The position numbers were made by a program, and so were the translations under genes. Source: Candidatus Eiseniibacteriota bacterium (GTDB lineage: Bacteria > Eisenbacteria > RBG-16-71-46). Taken from it: a stretch of 64,000 nt of DNA. The DNA is taken from assembly GCA_031370785.1 (NCBI GenBank), contig JANMQY010000079.1, forward strand, positions 40,675 to 104,674, read 5' to 3'. The notes under the pieces were generated by a model. It did no database searches, was not told the DNA's origin, and was given only the letters and a program-made list of their open reading frames with translations. This document shows, one piece after another, positions 30,245-39,268 of this stretch. Numbering within the stretch: position 1 is the stretch's first letter; each line of letters begins with the position of its first letter.

Positions 30245-31501
30245 CTAGAACGTGGTCTGCAGCTTGAGGAAGCCCTTGTCGTGGTGAAACGTGACCTCGT
30301 ACGGCTCGTGATCGAGCTCGATGCCCTCGATCCCTTCGACGCTGACCCGGCCGAAGCGCGCGGCGAGCCCGAGGTAGGCGCGCGATTCCTTGCGCGTGCC
30401 GTAGGTGGTCCACGGGGTCGTGCCCTGCTGGTCGATCGAGATCCGGTCGACCATCGCGCCGACCCGCGCGATCCAGCCCGGCGAAAGCAGCCAGGCCAGC
30501 TCGCCATGGGTGAGGCGGTCGATGCCGCCGAACGCTCCGGGACCGATGCCCTGCCCGACGAGCTGGGTGCGCGCCTGATACATCCAGTGCACCGACGCGG
30601 AGAGCCTGGTCGTGAGCTGACGACGCAGCGTCCCCTCGGCCGACCACTGGCGGCGGTAGTCGAGCCGGTCGCCGTCCGAGAAGTCCAGCGCCCGATCGGT
30701 GCTCGAAGCCTGTTGGTTGGTGGCGCGCGTTTCCCACTCGAGCCCGAGCGCGCGCACCTCGAGCGAACCGTACGCGAACGTTCCCCACAGGTACCGCTCG
30801 TGGTTGGGCTCGGCCGGCGTGGCGCCGAACACCTTCCTTCGCGACGGCGTGAGCCAGCGTCCGCCAGCCTCGGCCCGCCACGCGGCATGGCGAGTGACCA
30901 CACGCAGCTCCGGCTCGTACGGGTGCACCAGGTAGGGCTCCGAAGCGTTGCCGACCCGCGTCTGGCGAAACGCCCACAGGTTGTTGAGCATGTCTTCGAC
31001 GGTGAACGTGGCCTGCATCTGTAGCGCGGTGGTGTCGGCGCCCAGTTCCCATCTCAGCGAAAAATCCTGGCGAGATTTGTCGTACGAGGGCTGGAAGATG
31101 ATCGAAGTCGTGCCCCAGCGCCTCGGGAAGGCGAACGAGAGGCCGAGGTAGTCGAACGACTCCACGTTGTCGTGCGACTGGCGCATCTCGAGCCCGAACG
31201 TGGATTTCGTGCCGAGCGCGGTGCGGAGCTTGAGATCGTTGATGAGGAACCACTGCCCGGCAGTCAGGCATCCCTGCGAGGTGCGGAATGCCTGCGGCGC
31301 ATGCTCCCACTCGTCACGCCACTCGCGCGGCACGCGGGTCAGCACGTGATCCAGCAGACTCTCGTCATCTTCCTCCTGCCGCGCCACGTCGAAGCTCGAG
31401 AACTCCTCGGCGTTGGCGCCGGCGGGCGCGGGCGCGGTGGCGAGGAGCGCGCAGGCGAAGAGTGCGGCGGGAAGGCCGCGGCGGAACGCGAAGGCGATCA
31501 C
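30245..31501 (-). CDS. Putative outer-membrane beta-barrel protein
   Basis: Signal peptide, alternating hydrophobic strands, C-terminal FLKLQTTF with terminal Phe. Confidence 0.7.
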   Translation of the reverse strand: MIAFAFRRGLPAALFACALLATAPAPAGANAEEFSSFDVARQEEDDESLLDHVLTRVPREWRDEWEHAPQAFRTSQGCLTAGQWFLINDLKLRTALGTKSTFGLEMRQSHDNVESFDYLGLSFAFPRRWGTTSIIFQPSYDKSRQDFSLRWELGADTTALQMQATFTVEDMLNNLWAFRQTRVGNASEPYLVHPYEPELRVVTRHAAWRAEAGGRWLTPSRRKVFGATPAEPNHERYLWGTFAYGSLEVRALGLEWETRATNQQASSTDRALDFSDGDRLDYRRQWSAEGTLRRQLTTRLSASVHWMYQARTQLVGQGIGPGAFGGIDRLTHGELAWLLSPGWIARVGAMVDRISIDQQGTTPWTTYGTRKESRAYLGLAARFGRVSVEGIEGIELDHEPYEVTFHHDKGFLKLQTTF

Positions 31502-32163
31502 CCGCGCTCCCGCGCGGGCGCGGCGCCGTGGCCCGAGCGGGCGACCAGGTCGACGAACGCGCGCGCACGGCGCGTGATCTCACCGAACTCGCCACGGGCG
31601 GCGAGCACGGGATCGGCGAGCGCGCCGCCGAGTCCGACCCCGATGCAGCCCGCTTCGAGGAACAGGGCGGTGTTCGCGAGAGTCGTCCCGCCCGCGGCCA
31701 GCATCGGCAGGTCGGGCAGCGGGTCGCGAATGACGCGGATGTAGTCCGGTCCTCCCGCGACACCAACCGGGTACACCTTGACCACGTGCGCCCCGCCCTC
31801 GCGCGCGGCGAGGATCTCGGACGTGGTGTAGGCTCCGGGGCAGTACATTGCAATCGCCTCGAGGGCGACACGCGCGACTTCGCGATTGAAATTGGGAGCG
31901 ACGATGAAGCGTGCACCGGCGGTGATCGCGGCGCGCGCCTGATCGGCGGTGAGCACGGTGCCGGCGCCGACGATCGCGCCAGACAGGTCGCGCAGCGCGG
32001 CCATGACCCGCGCCGCATCGGGTACGGTGAACGTGACTTCGAGGAGCGCGATTCCGCCGCGGGCCACGGCGCGCGCCGACGCTTCGGCGGCCTCGGGCGA
32101 GGGAGCGCGGATGACGGCGAGCAGGCGCTGCTCGCGCAGCGTGACGAGGGCGGAGGGAGTCAT
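31498..32163 (-). CDS. eda: KHG/KDPG aldolase
   Basis: AVIR, LEVTF, VGAGTVL, GARFIVAP, PGAYTTSE, VKVYP (Schiff-base Lys), AAGG. Confidence 0.88.
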   Translation of the reverse strand: MTPSALVTLREQRLLAVIRAPSPEAAEASARAVARGGIALLEVTFTVPDAARVMAALRDLSGAIVGAGTVLTADQARAAITAGARFIVAPNFNREVARVALEAIAMYCPGAYTTSEILAAREGGAHVVKVYPVGVAGGPDYIRVIRDPLPDLPMLAAGGTTLANTALFLEAGCIGVGLGGALADPVLAARGEFGEITRRARAFVDLVARSGHGAAPARERG

Positions 32164-32253
32164 GAGTTTGGATCCAGCCTGGGACTCTAGAAGGGGCGGA
32201 GAAATGCGGCAAGGCTGGAGTGCGCGACCCTTTCCCGGATCGGGAGCGTCCCG

Positions 32254-34839
32254 ATGAGCGGCGCCGGCTCCCGGCGAAACCTGATCCTGCTCGTGGCCAG
32301 CGCGCTGGTGGTGCTGGTCGTCATTGCCTGGGCGGTGGTGTCCGCGGCCTTTCCGCCGGCAAAGGTGCGCGAGCTGATCGTGGCGAGGCTCTCGGCGACG
32401 CTCGACCGCGACGTGCGCATCGAGGGCGCGTCGTTCACGCTGTGGCCGCCGGTCCGGTTCGTGATGAAGCGCCCCGCGCTCGCCGAGCCGGGTGGCTTCG
32501 TGCGCGGGGAGGCGCTGCGCGCCGAAGCGCTCGATCTCGACGTCGATCCCTTCGCGCTGCTCGCGCGTCGGCTGGTCATCCGCCGGCTCGCGCTCGATCG
32601 ACCGAGCGTTCACCTCGTGCTCAATCCCGACGGAACCACCAACTTCGACCGCATGACGAAGCCGTCGTCGAGCGCGAAGAAGAAGGCTTCATCGTCGGCC
32701 ATGGACCTCGCGGTGAGCCAGCTGTCGCTGCGCGGTGCGCGGTTCGTGATCGACGATCTGCGGACCCGCCGGCGCACCACGTTCCAGGCGGACAGCCGGA
32801 TCGCGCTCAAGATGGCGGGCGGCACGCGCATCGAGACCGATGGCCGCACCACGCTGACGGGCTTTGCGCGCGGGCCGCTGAGTGCCGCGCGCCTCGCCGA
32901 TCTCGACCAGAGTCTCGCCGGCATCGTGCTCGCGGTCGAACACCGCGGTCGATGGGACGGCCCGCGCAAGCGCCTCGCCCTCGAGCGCCTCGCGCTGCGC
33001 ATGGGCAAGGCCGAGGCGTCTTTCGTCGGCACGATCGACGACCCGGGGCCGCGCGCGGCCCTGGACCTCAACGGGCGCGGCTCGAATGTCGACGTGGCCG
33101 AGCTGCTGCGCGCGCTGTCGGCGGCCAGCCTGCCCGCGCTGCACGGGGTCTCGGGCTCCGGGCGCGCCGACTTCAACCTCACCGCGCGCGGCGCGCTCGG
33201 GCCCGGGCGGAGCCCGGCGCTGACCGGCGTGCTGCGCGTGCGCGACGGTGCGTTCCGCTATCCGGGATCTGCGCTCCCGGTCAGCGGCGTCGCCTTCACC
33301 GCGCGGTTCGCGCCCGACTCGCTCGGAATCGGCGACCTGGTCGCGCGGGTGGGCGATCAGCCGCTCAAGGCGGCAATGTCCATGACCCGTTTTGCCGATC
33401 CCAGGGTGCGCTTCCTGGTGGACGGGCTCGTGGATCTCGCCGCGGTCGGACCGCTGATCGCGCCTCCCGACGTGAAGCTCAGCGGACGCGCGGCGCTGCA
33501 CCTGAACGGCGAGGGCCGGCTGCGGGATCGCGGCGCGATGACGCTGAACGGGAGCTCGCGCTTTGCCGAGATCAGCATCCGGAGCCTTTCGCTGCCCAAG
33601 GTGGTCGAGCACGTCCGCGGCGACGTCACGTTCTCGGGCACGCGGGCCGTGGTGCGCGGGCTCTCGGCGAGCGCCGGGCAGTCCTCCTTCGCACTCGACG
33701 CCTCGGTGGAACGGCCGCTCGCGCTGATGGCGAAGCCGGACTCGGTGCCTCCCGCGCTCGTGTCGTTCACGCTCAACTCGCCCTATCTCGACCTCTCCGA
33801 GCTGCTCCCGCCGGTGCCGGGCCCGACGCTCTTGCCCAACGCGCGCGGACAGGGCCGCGTGACCATCGCCCGGCTTCGCCAGGGCAAGCTCGACGTGTCG
33901 AAGGTCAACACCACGGTGACTTTCGATCCGCGCACGCTCACCGCTCCCGATTTCGCGCTCGAAGGCTACGGTGGCGCGGTGAGCGGCAGCGCGAAATTCG
34001 ATCTCACCGACCCGGCCAATCCCGCGTTCCGGGTGAAGGCGAAGATCGACACGGTGCAGGCCGACGCGCTGCTCTCGACGTGGATCCCCGCGAAGAGCGC
34101 GCTCAGGGGCGCGCTCAGCACCACGCTCGATCTTTCGGGAGTCGGGACCAGGCCCGAGCAGATGCGCCGCACCCTCACCGCGATCGGGCAGGCGGTGGTG
34201 GCGAACGGGGAGTTCGGGCCCGCGCCCGCGCTCGATGCGATCGCGGCGCTCACGAAAATGAAGACCTTTCAGAAAATCACGTTCCGCCACCTCGACGTGC
34301 CGTTCAAGATCGAGAACGGCAGGGTCGCGATGCGTGAGATCGCACTCGATGGTCCGAGCGGCGATTGGCGGGCAAGCGGGCTGCTCGGCTTCGATGGCGC
34401 GCTCGACTACGCGGTCATGGTGCTGGTGCCGCGCGAGCAGGTCGATCAGTTGGGCTCTGGCGCGGCCCTGCTCGCGGGCGCGCTCACCGATGCGCAGGGC
34501 CGGGTGCGGCTCGCGTTCCGGGTCGGCGGCACCGCGACCTCTCCGCGCGTCTCGCTCGACGCTCAGGCGATGCGCGATGCGGCCGCCGGGCGCGTGAACC
34601 AGGTGATCGAGCAGCAGAAATCTCGCATCGAGGAACAGCTGAGGCAGGTGCTCAACCCGCGGCCGGGCCCGAAGGACAGCGCGCGCGCCCCGAGCATGGG
34701 GTCGATCGCCGACAGCCTGAAGAAGATCAAAGGGAGCGACGTGCTGAAGGACCTGCTCGGCATTCCGAGGAAGAAGAAGGCCGTTCCCGCCGACACGGTG
34801 GCACGCGATACCGCGGCGCGCGACAGCGCCGCGCACTGA
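32254..34839 (+). CDS. AsmA-family (repeating beta-groove) envelope protein
   Basis: N-terminal TM anchor, LDRDVRIEG, LDRPSVHL...DGTTNF, long beta-rich body, C-terminal VGGTATSPRVSLD. Confidence 0.85.
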   Translation: MSGAGSRRNLILLVASALVVLVVIAWAVVSAAFPPAKVRELIVARLSATLDRDVRIEGASFTLWPPVRFVMKRPALAEPGGFVRGEALRAEALDLDVDPFALLARRLVIRRLALDRPSVHLVLNPDGTTNFDRMTKPSSSAKKKASSSAMDLAVSQLSLRGARFVIDDLRTRRRTTFQADSRIALKMAGGTRIETDGRTTLTGFARGPLSAARLADLDQSLAGIVLAVEHRGRWDGPRKRLALERLALRMGKAEASFVGTIDDPGPRAALDLNGRGSNVDVAELLRALSAASLPALHGVSGSGRADFNLTARGALGPGRSPALTGVLRVRDGAFRYPGSALPVSGVAFTARFAPDSLGIGDLVARVGDQPLKAAMSMTRFADPRVRFLVDGLVDLAAVGPLIAPPDVKLSGRAALHLNGEGRLRDRGAMTLNGSSRFAEISIRSLSLPKVVEHVRGDVTFSGTRAVVRGLSASAGQSSFALDASVERPLALMAKPDSVPPALVSFTLNSPYLDLSELLPPVPGPTLLPNARGQGRVTIARLRQGKLDVSKVNTTVTFDPRTLTAPDFALEGYGGAVSGSAKFDLTDPANPAFRVKAKIDTVQADALLSTWIPAKSALRGALSTTLDLSGVGTRPEQMRRTLTAIGQAVVANGEFGPAPALDAIAALTKMKTFQKITFRHLDVPFKIENGRVAMREIALDGPSGDWRASGLLGFDGALDYAVMVLVPREQVDQLGSGAALLAGALTDAQGRVRLAFRVGGTATSPRVSLDAQAMRDAAAGRVNQVIEQQKSRIEEQLRQVLNPRPGPKDSARAPSMGSIADSLKKIKGSDVLKDLLGIPRKKKAVPADTVARDTAARDSAAH

Positions 34840-34866
34840 ACCCGGACGCTCGCGGCGTGCGAACTT

Positions 34867-36924
34867 CTAGCTCGCTCCGACTCCCGCCATCTCCGCAACC
34901 TGGGCGCGGTCCAGCTCTTCGATCACCACGCGCAGCAGCTCGGCGGCGGCGAGCGGAGAGCGAGTGCCATCCGCATGCCACGCGCCGTCCGGCGTGAGCC
35001 GGAACGTCGCGGGAACTCCGCCGAAAAGCCCGCGAGCGTCGTCCGCCGCTGAACCGGACATCGCGGTCGCGGCGTCTGCGCCGCCCTGGTCGAGCGTGCA
35101 CAGCGCGCGGAGCCAGCCGCCCACCCGCGCCTGCGCCGCGAGGTCGCGGGCGTAGACGCGCAGGTAGGCGCTGAAGAAGGGGCCGAGCCACTCGGGACGC
35201 GCGATCGTGCCGCCCGGCTCGTCGAGCAGTCCGTACGGCGTGAACAGCTTTTCCTCCAGCGTTTCGATCAGGCACGCGGCGCGATCCGGGCTGATCAGCG
35301 TGGGCGACAGGCTCACCGCCAGCGCCTGCGCGGGGGAGAGGCCGCTCACTGGACCGTCCGGGCCGAGCGCGACATAGAGCGCGCCCTGGCGCACGTCCCA
35401 CATCACATCGTGGAAATGAGTCTGGTGGTCACGCGCCCAGGCCAGATAGAACGCCCCGTTCTCGCGGTGCCCGGTGAGGCGTGCCAGCTGAGCCATTGCC
35501 ACCAGCGCGTGATACCAGAGGATGTTGAGGTCGGCGCGCGCGCTCCACGAATCGCCGCCACCGGTCTCGAGAAGCCCGCTCGGGCCGACCCGGATTCCGT
35601 GCGTGCCGGCGCGGTAGAACAGCATCACGCTTTCGAGCGGCGCGTACAGAACATCGCGCACGAAGTCGAGATCGTCGCTGCGGCGCGCGTAGACATCGGC
35701 GGCGGCGACCAGCCACAGCGCGGGCGCGGGATCGCCATAGCGCGGGGTGCCGTCCTCGGGCGCGAAGCCTTCGGGCGCGAGCCCCTCGTTCAGGTACTCG
35801 GCCGCGCCGCGCAGGATCGCTCGCGCATCGTCGAATGCGCGCAGCGCGATCAGCGCCGGGATGGCGCGCAGCGCGGCCGCGCCAGACTCGTGCGAACCGG
35901 GAAGGGTCTCGGCGAGGCCGAGCCTTCCGGCGCGATGCACCAGGCCGGCTTCGAGCGCGCGGGCGAGCGGCGTCACCCACGGATCTCCGGGCTCGACCAG
36001 TGGCTCGCGCCTTCGCGCCGCCTCGCGGCCGTGCGCGGCGGCGGCCAGCCGCGCGGTGAAGTCCGCGCCCGCGATCGCGCTCGCCTCGAACTGGGCGAGA
36101 GTCACGCGGCGCTCGCGCTCGATCACGCGCACGCATTCGGCGAGCGAGCGGGGCGGCGGCGTGCCGAGTCGATCCTCGGCGGCGAGCGCGCGGAACAGAT
36201 CGCTCTCGCTCGAGGCGACGACGAGCAGTTCCTCGCCCGGCGCGAGCCCGCCCTCGATGTGTCCCGGAACGAAAGCGTCTTCGTACTCGGGTTCCACCCC
36301 GGGCAGCGCATCGAACGGAAGGTACAGCCTGCGCTGCCAGACCCGTGCCGGCAGGAACGCGCCGTTGTGCCACAGCGTGAGCGCCGGGTCGCCATCGGCA
36401 AATTCGATGCGCACCCGGCCCGGCACGCCCTGCGCCGCGCCGCGCAACGCCGGATTCTCGCGCTGCACCGCGTGCGGAGCGCGGGCGGCGGTGAGCGGGC
36501 TCACCGTGAGGCGCACCGGAGGGCCTTCGATGTGACGGTAGGCGATCGCCACCGCGTGGTGGCCGTCCACCATCAGCACGGACTTCTCGATCAGGGTATC
36601 CCCGGCGCGGTACCGCCAGATGGGCCACGGCTCGGCGTGGAACGACTCGATCAGGCGATGTCCTGCCGGGCGGGCCGCCCCGCCCGCGACCAGCGCGCTG
36701 CCCAGCTCGAAGGTTCCGACGGCGGAGAGCACGCGCTCATCGAGCCGCAGCAGCAGCGTGATCAGCTCCGAGTGAGCGCGCGTCGCGGTGAGCAGCGCGT
36801 GGGTGCGGCGCGCGTTCGCACCGGCCGCGGTGCCCGAGGCCGAGCCGCCGATTCCGTTCGAGAGCAGCCATTCGCTCGAAAGCAACGCATCGAGCGGCGA
36901 GCGGACATCCTGTCCTGGACGCAT
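34867..36924 (-). CDS. Glycogen debranching enzyme (amylo-alpha-1,6-glucosidase) homologue, catalytic motifs degenerate
   Basis: EWLLSNGIGGSASGT N-terminal GDE domain, LFTPYGL, AAELLR; WGRD and WMD motifs absent. Confidence 0.8.
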   Translation of the reverse strand: MRPGQDVRSPLDALLSSEWLLSNGIGGSASGTAAGANARRTHALLTATRAHSELITLLLRLDERVLSAVGTFELGSALVAGGAARPAGHRLIESFHAEPWPIWRYRAGDTLIEKSVLMVDGHHAVAIAYRHIEGPPVRLTVSPLTAARAPHAVQRENPALRGAAQGVPGRVRIEFADGDPALTLWHNGAFLPARVWQRRLYLPFDALPGVEPEYEDAFVPGHIEGGLAPGEELLVVASSESDLFRALAAEDRLGTPPPRSLAECVRVIERERRVTLAQFEASAIAGADFTARLAAAAHGREAARRREPLVEPGDPWVTPLARALEAGLVHRAGRLGLAETLPGSHESGAAALRAIPALIALRAFDDARAILRGAAEYLNEGLAPEGFAPEDGTPRYGDPAPALWLVAAADVYARRSDDLDFVRDVLYAPLESVMLFYRAGTHGIRVGPSGLLETGGGDSWSARADLNILWYHALVAMAQLARLTGHRENGAFYLAWARDHQTHFHDVMWDVRQGALYVALGPDGPVSGLSPAQALAVSLSPTLISPDRAACLIETLEEKLFTPYGLLDEPGGTIARPEWLGPFFSAYLRVYARDLAAQARVGGWLRALCTLDQGGADAATAMSGSAADDARGLFGGVPATFRLTPDGAWHADGTRSPLAAAELLRVVIEELDRAQVAEMAGVGAS

Positions 36925-36973
36925 GGACGCCTAGGATACCCGCGAACCGGCGCGGATGAAAGAACCGCGTGCG

Positions 36974-38152
36974 CTAAAGCGTCGCCGGCTTGCGCAGCAC
37001 CGCGGTGAGCGGGACGAGGCTGACCCCGTCCAGACGCTTTGCGGTGGTCGCCCGTGGCAGCCACTCGAGCAGGTGCGGGGTAGCCCGCACCATGACCAGC
37101 AGCCGTCCGCGGGCGCGCGCTTCCTTGAGGGCCGCGTTCCAGGCCAGATCGAGCGCCCGGGAGCTGGTCGCGCGCGGCTCGCTGTCCATCACCGCGTCCG
37201 GCTCGTCGTAGACCACGCCCAGATCGGCGGCGAGCCGCCGGCACACCGACCCGGCCGCGGGTTGCACGTGCAGGAACGGCAGGTTGCGGCGCTTGAGCTC
37301 GCTGTAGACAGAGGTCATCACCGACATGTCCTGCGTGGCCAGGGAACCCATCAGGTTCGCGACTGCGACCACCGGGCCCGACTGATCGAAGTCGCGGCGC
37401 AGCTGCCCGGTGATGCGTGCGTCGCTCATGGTGACCAGCACCGTGCCCGCGCCGGGATTGACCTGCGGGTAGTTGATCGGCTCGAGCGGCAGGTGCATGA
37501 CCACCTCCCGGTCGCGGCGATGCGCCTCGCGGAACAGCTCGACGCTGTGCTTCATGCCCGGCGCGAGCGCGACTGCGAACGGCACGGGCAGCTGGAACGC
37601 CCTGGCCTCCGCCGCGTCGTCCCCGAATCCGTAGAGCAGCAGCGCCAGCTTCGCGGGCTCGCGCGGCGCTTCGCCCTCGACCAGCGGCGCGCGCACCAGC
37701 GTGACCGAATGCGTGGCCCGGTTCGGCAGTCCGACCAGCAGCGTCACCAGCGTCTCGCCGTGCTCCCCGCTTTTTTCGCGACCGGAGAGAACCGCCCCGC
37801 CCTGTTCCTCGACCCGGCGGCTGATCGCATAGTTGGCCTGGATGAGCGAAGCCTCGGGCCTGAGCCCGACCCGCCAGCGCACCGCGGCGCGGCCGCTCCC
37901 GGCAACACTCTCGTGCACGCTGTCCGCACTCACTCCGGCCGCCGCCAGACCGGCGCGGATCTCACGGCCCACGATCTGGGTGACCCGCGCCGGATCCCCG
38001 ATTCCGAAGCGCGCGATCAGCAGGATCCGGCCCGTATCCGAGCGCGACAGCTTCCATGCCTCGCCGGCGAGAAAGACGACGAGAGCGGCGGCCGCGAGCA
38101 GAATCACGGTGCGCAGTGAGAACCAGGCGGATTTCGATTTGCGTTTGGGCAT
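36974..38152 (-). CDS. Membrane-anchored divergent polysaccharide deacetylase (YibQ family) homologue, motifs degenerate
   Basis: N-terminal TM; EVVMHLPLEPINYPQVNPG, xNLMGSLAT, VSLVPLT. Confidence 0.8.
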   Translation of the reverse strand: MPKRKSKSAWFSLRTVILLAAAALVVFLAGEAWKLSRSDTGRILLIARFGIGDPARVTQIVGREIRAGLAAAGVSADSVHESVAGSGRAAVRWRVGLRPEASLIQANYAISRRVEEQGGAVLSGREKSGEHGETLVTLLVGLPNRATHSVTLVRAPLVEGEAPREPAKLALLLYGFGDDAAEARAFQLPVPFAVALAPGMKHSVELFREAHRRDREVVMHLPLEPINYPQVNPGAGTVLVTMSDARITGQLRRDFDQSGPVVAVANLMGSLATQDMSVMTSVYSELKRRNLPFLHVQPAAGSVCRRLAADLGVVYDEPDAVMDSEPRATSSRALDLAWNAALKEARARGRLLVMVRATPHLLEWLPRATTAKRLDGVSLVPLTAVLRKPATL

Positions 38153-38290
38153 AGGGTTCGCGGGCGCGGCGCAGGTTACGGAGCGACGCGAGTTTCGTCA
38201 ACGGGTCACGTGGCAGCGGACAATACGCGGCATGATGTAGCGTCGGCAGTTCAGATCAGGCGGTTCGCCCGCCCGACTCTTTGCACTTCA

Positions 38291-38319
38291 CTGACACGCC
38301 TTCGCAAGTACGGTGTCAG
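38291..38319. promoter_or_regulatory. Inverted repeat CTGACAC-N15-GTGTCAG, candidate operator
   Basis: Perfect 7-bp arms in a divergent intergenic region, just after a TTGCAC hexamer and about 78 nt upstream of the Cys-rich gene. Confidence 0.35.
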
Positions 38320-38396
38320 CCTCTTTCCCGGCAGCGCCGATATTCCCCTTGAGACGCCCATGCCGGGCGCCGCTCATGCTCCCTGGGAGGTGCGAC

Positions 38397-39179
38397 ATGA
38401 AGTATTCGCGACTCGTGTGGTCCGCGCTCGCTCTGTGGGCGATCGCCGGAGTGACAACGCTGGCCTACGCCTGCGATCAGCACAAGGACGCTTCCGCCGC
38501 TTCCGCCGCTTCGGCTTCGAATCCCCTGATGTTGACCGCGAACGACGCCACGCATTGCACCGCCGCCCAGATCGCGGCCTGCAAGGCCGCAGGCGCCTCG
38601 ATGGATCACTGCGCCAAGGGCGCGAAGGCTTCGAACGCTTCGACCGCCTCGATGGATCACTGCGCCAAGGGCGCGAAAGCTTCGGGCGCCTCCACCGCCT
38701 CGATGGACAACTGTGCGAAAGGCGCGAGCGCGATGACCGCCGGCGCATCGCCAACCTGTGGCGGACAGGGCATGACCCGGGTCGCGGCCCGCGGTATCCA
38801 CCCCGACTGTGACGCGTGCAAGGACATGGGGCTCTGCGAGCAGGAGATCGTTGCCGCGGGCGGTCGCGCGCAGATCGTGCCGCTCAAGAACGGCGTGATG
38901 TACGTCTACACCGCCGGAACCGCCGCGGGTATCCGCGCGGTGCAGGCCGCGGTCACTCACCGCAGCGAGCGCATGACGGCGATTTCCAATGCCGCCGTCA
39001 ACTCCCACCTGTGCAGCGACTGCAAGGCGATGCGCGGGGCGATCGCGAGCGGCAAGCTCAATCGCGAAGTGGTGAGCATCGAGGGAGGCTGCCTGACGCT
39101 CGTGACCTCGAACGATCCCGCCATCGTCGCCCGACTGCACGCCATGGCCGGCGAGGTCGAGAAGCACACGAAGAGCTGA
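38397..39179 (+). CDS. Secreted Cys/His/Met-rich repeat protein, putative metal binder
   Basis: GGAGG RBS, signal peptide, 3 x ASMD(H/N)CAKGA, two CxxC motifs (CDAC, CSDC) in duplicated half-domains. Confidence 0.8.
   Translation: MKYSRLVWSALALWAIAGVTTLAYACDQHKDASAASAASASNPLMLTANDATHCTAAQIAACKAAGASMDHCAKGAKASNASTASMDHCAKGAKASGASTASMDNCAKGASAMTAGASPTCGGQGMTRVAARGIHPDCDACKDMGLCEQEIVAAGGRAQIVPLKNGVMYVYTAGTAAGIRAVQAAVTHRSERMTAISNAAVNSHLCSDCKAMRGAIASGKLNREVVSIEGGCLTLVTSNDPAIVARLHAMAGEVEKHTKS
38595..38730 (+). repeat. 51-bp tandem repeat (about 2.7 copies) in the Cys-rich gene
   Basis: GCCTCGATGGA(T/C)(C/A)ACTG... units start at 38595, 38646 and 38697. Confidence 0.85.
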
Positions 39180-39193
39180 ATGCGCGGGTGCGC

Positions 39194-39227
39194 CAGAGGG
39201 GCCGGTCCAGGCGGACCGGCCCCTCTG
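39194..39227 (+). terminator. Perfect 15-bp hairpin after the Cys-rich gene
   Basis: CAGAGGGGCCGGTCC-AGGC-GGACCGGCCCCTCTG. No U tract, so it may be a stabilising or attenuating stem. Confidence 0.6.
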
Positions 39228-39268
39228 CGTTGCCCGGCGCGCGCCCAAGGGGCTAGGCTTCACCTCTC

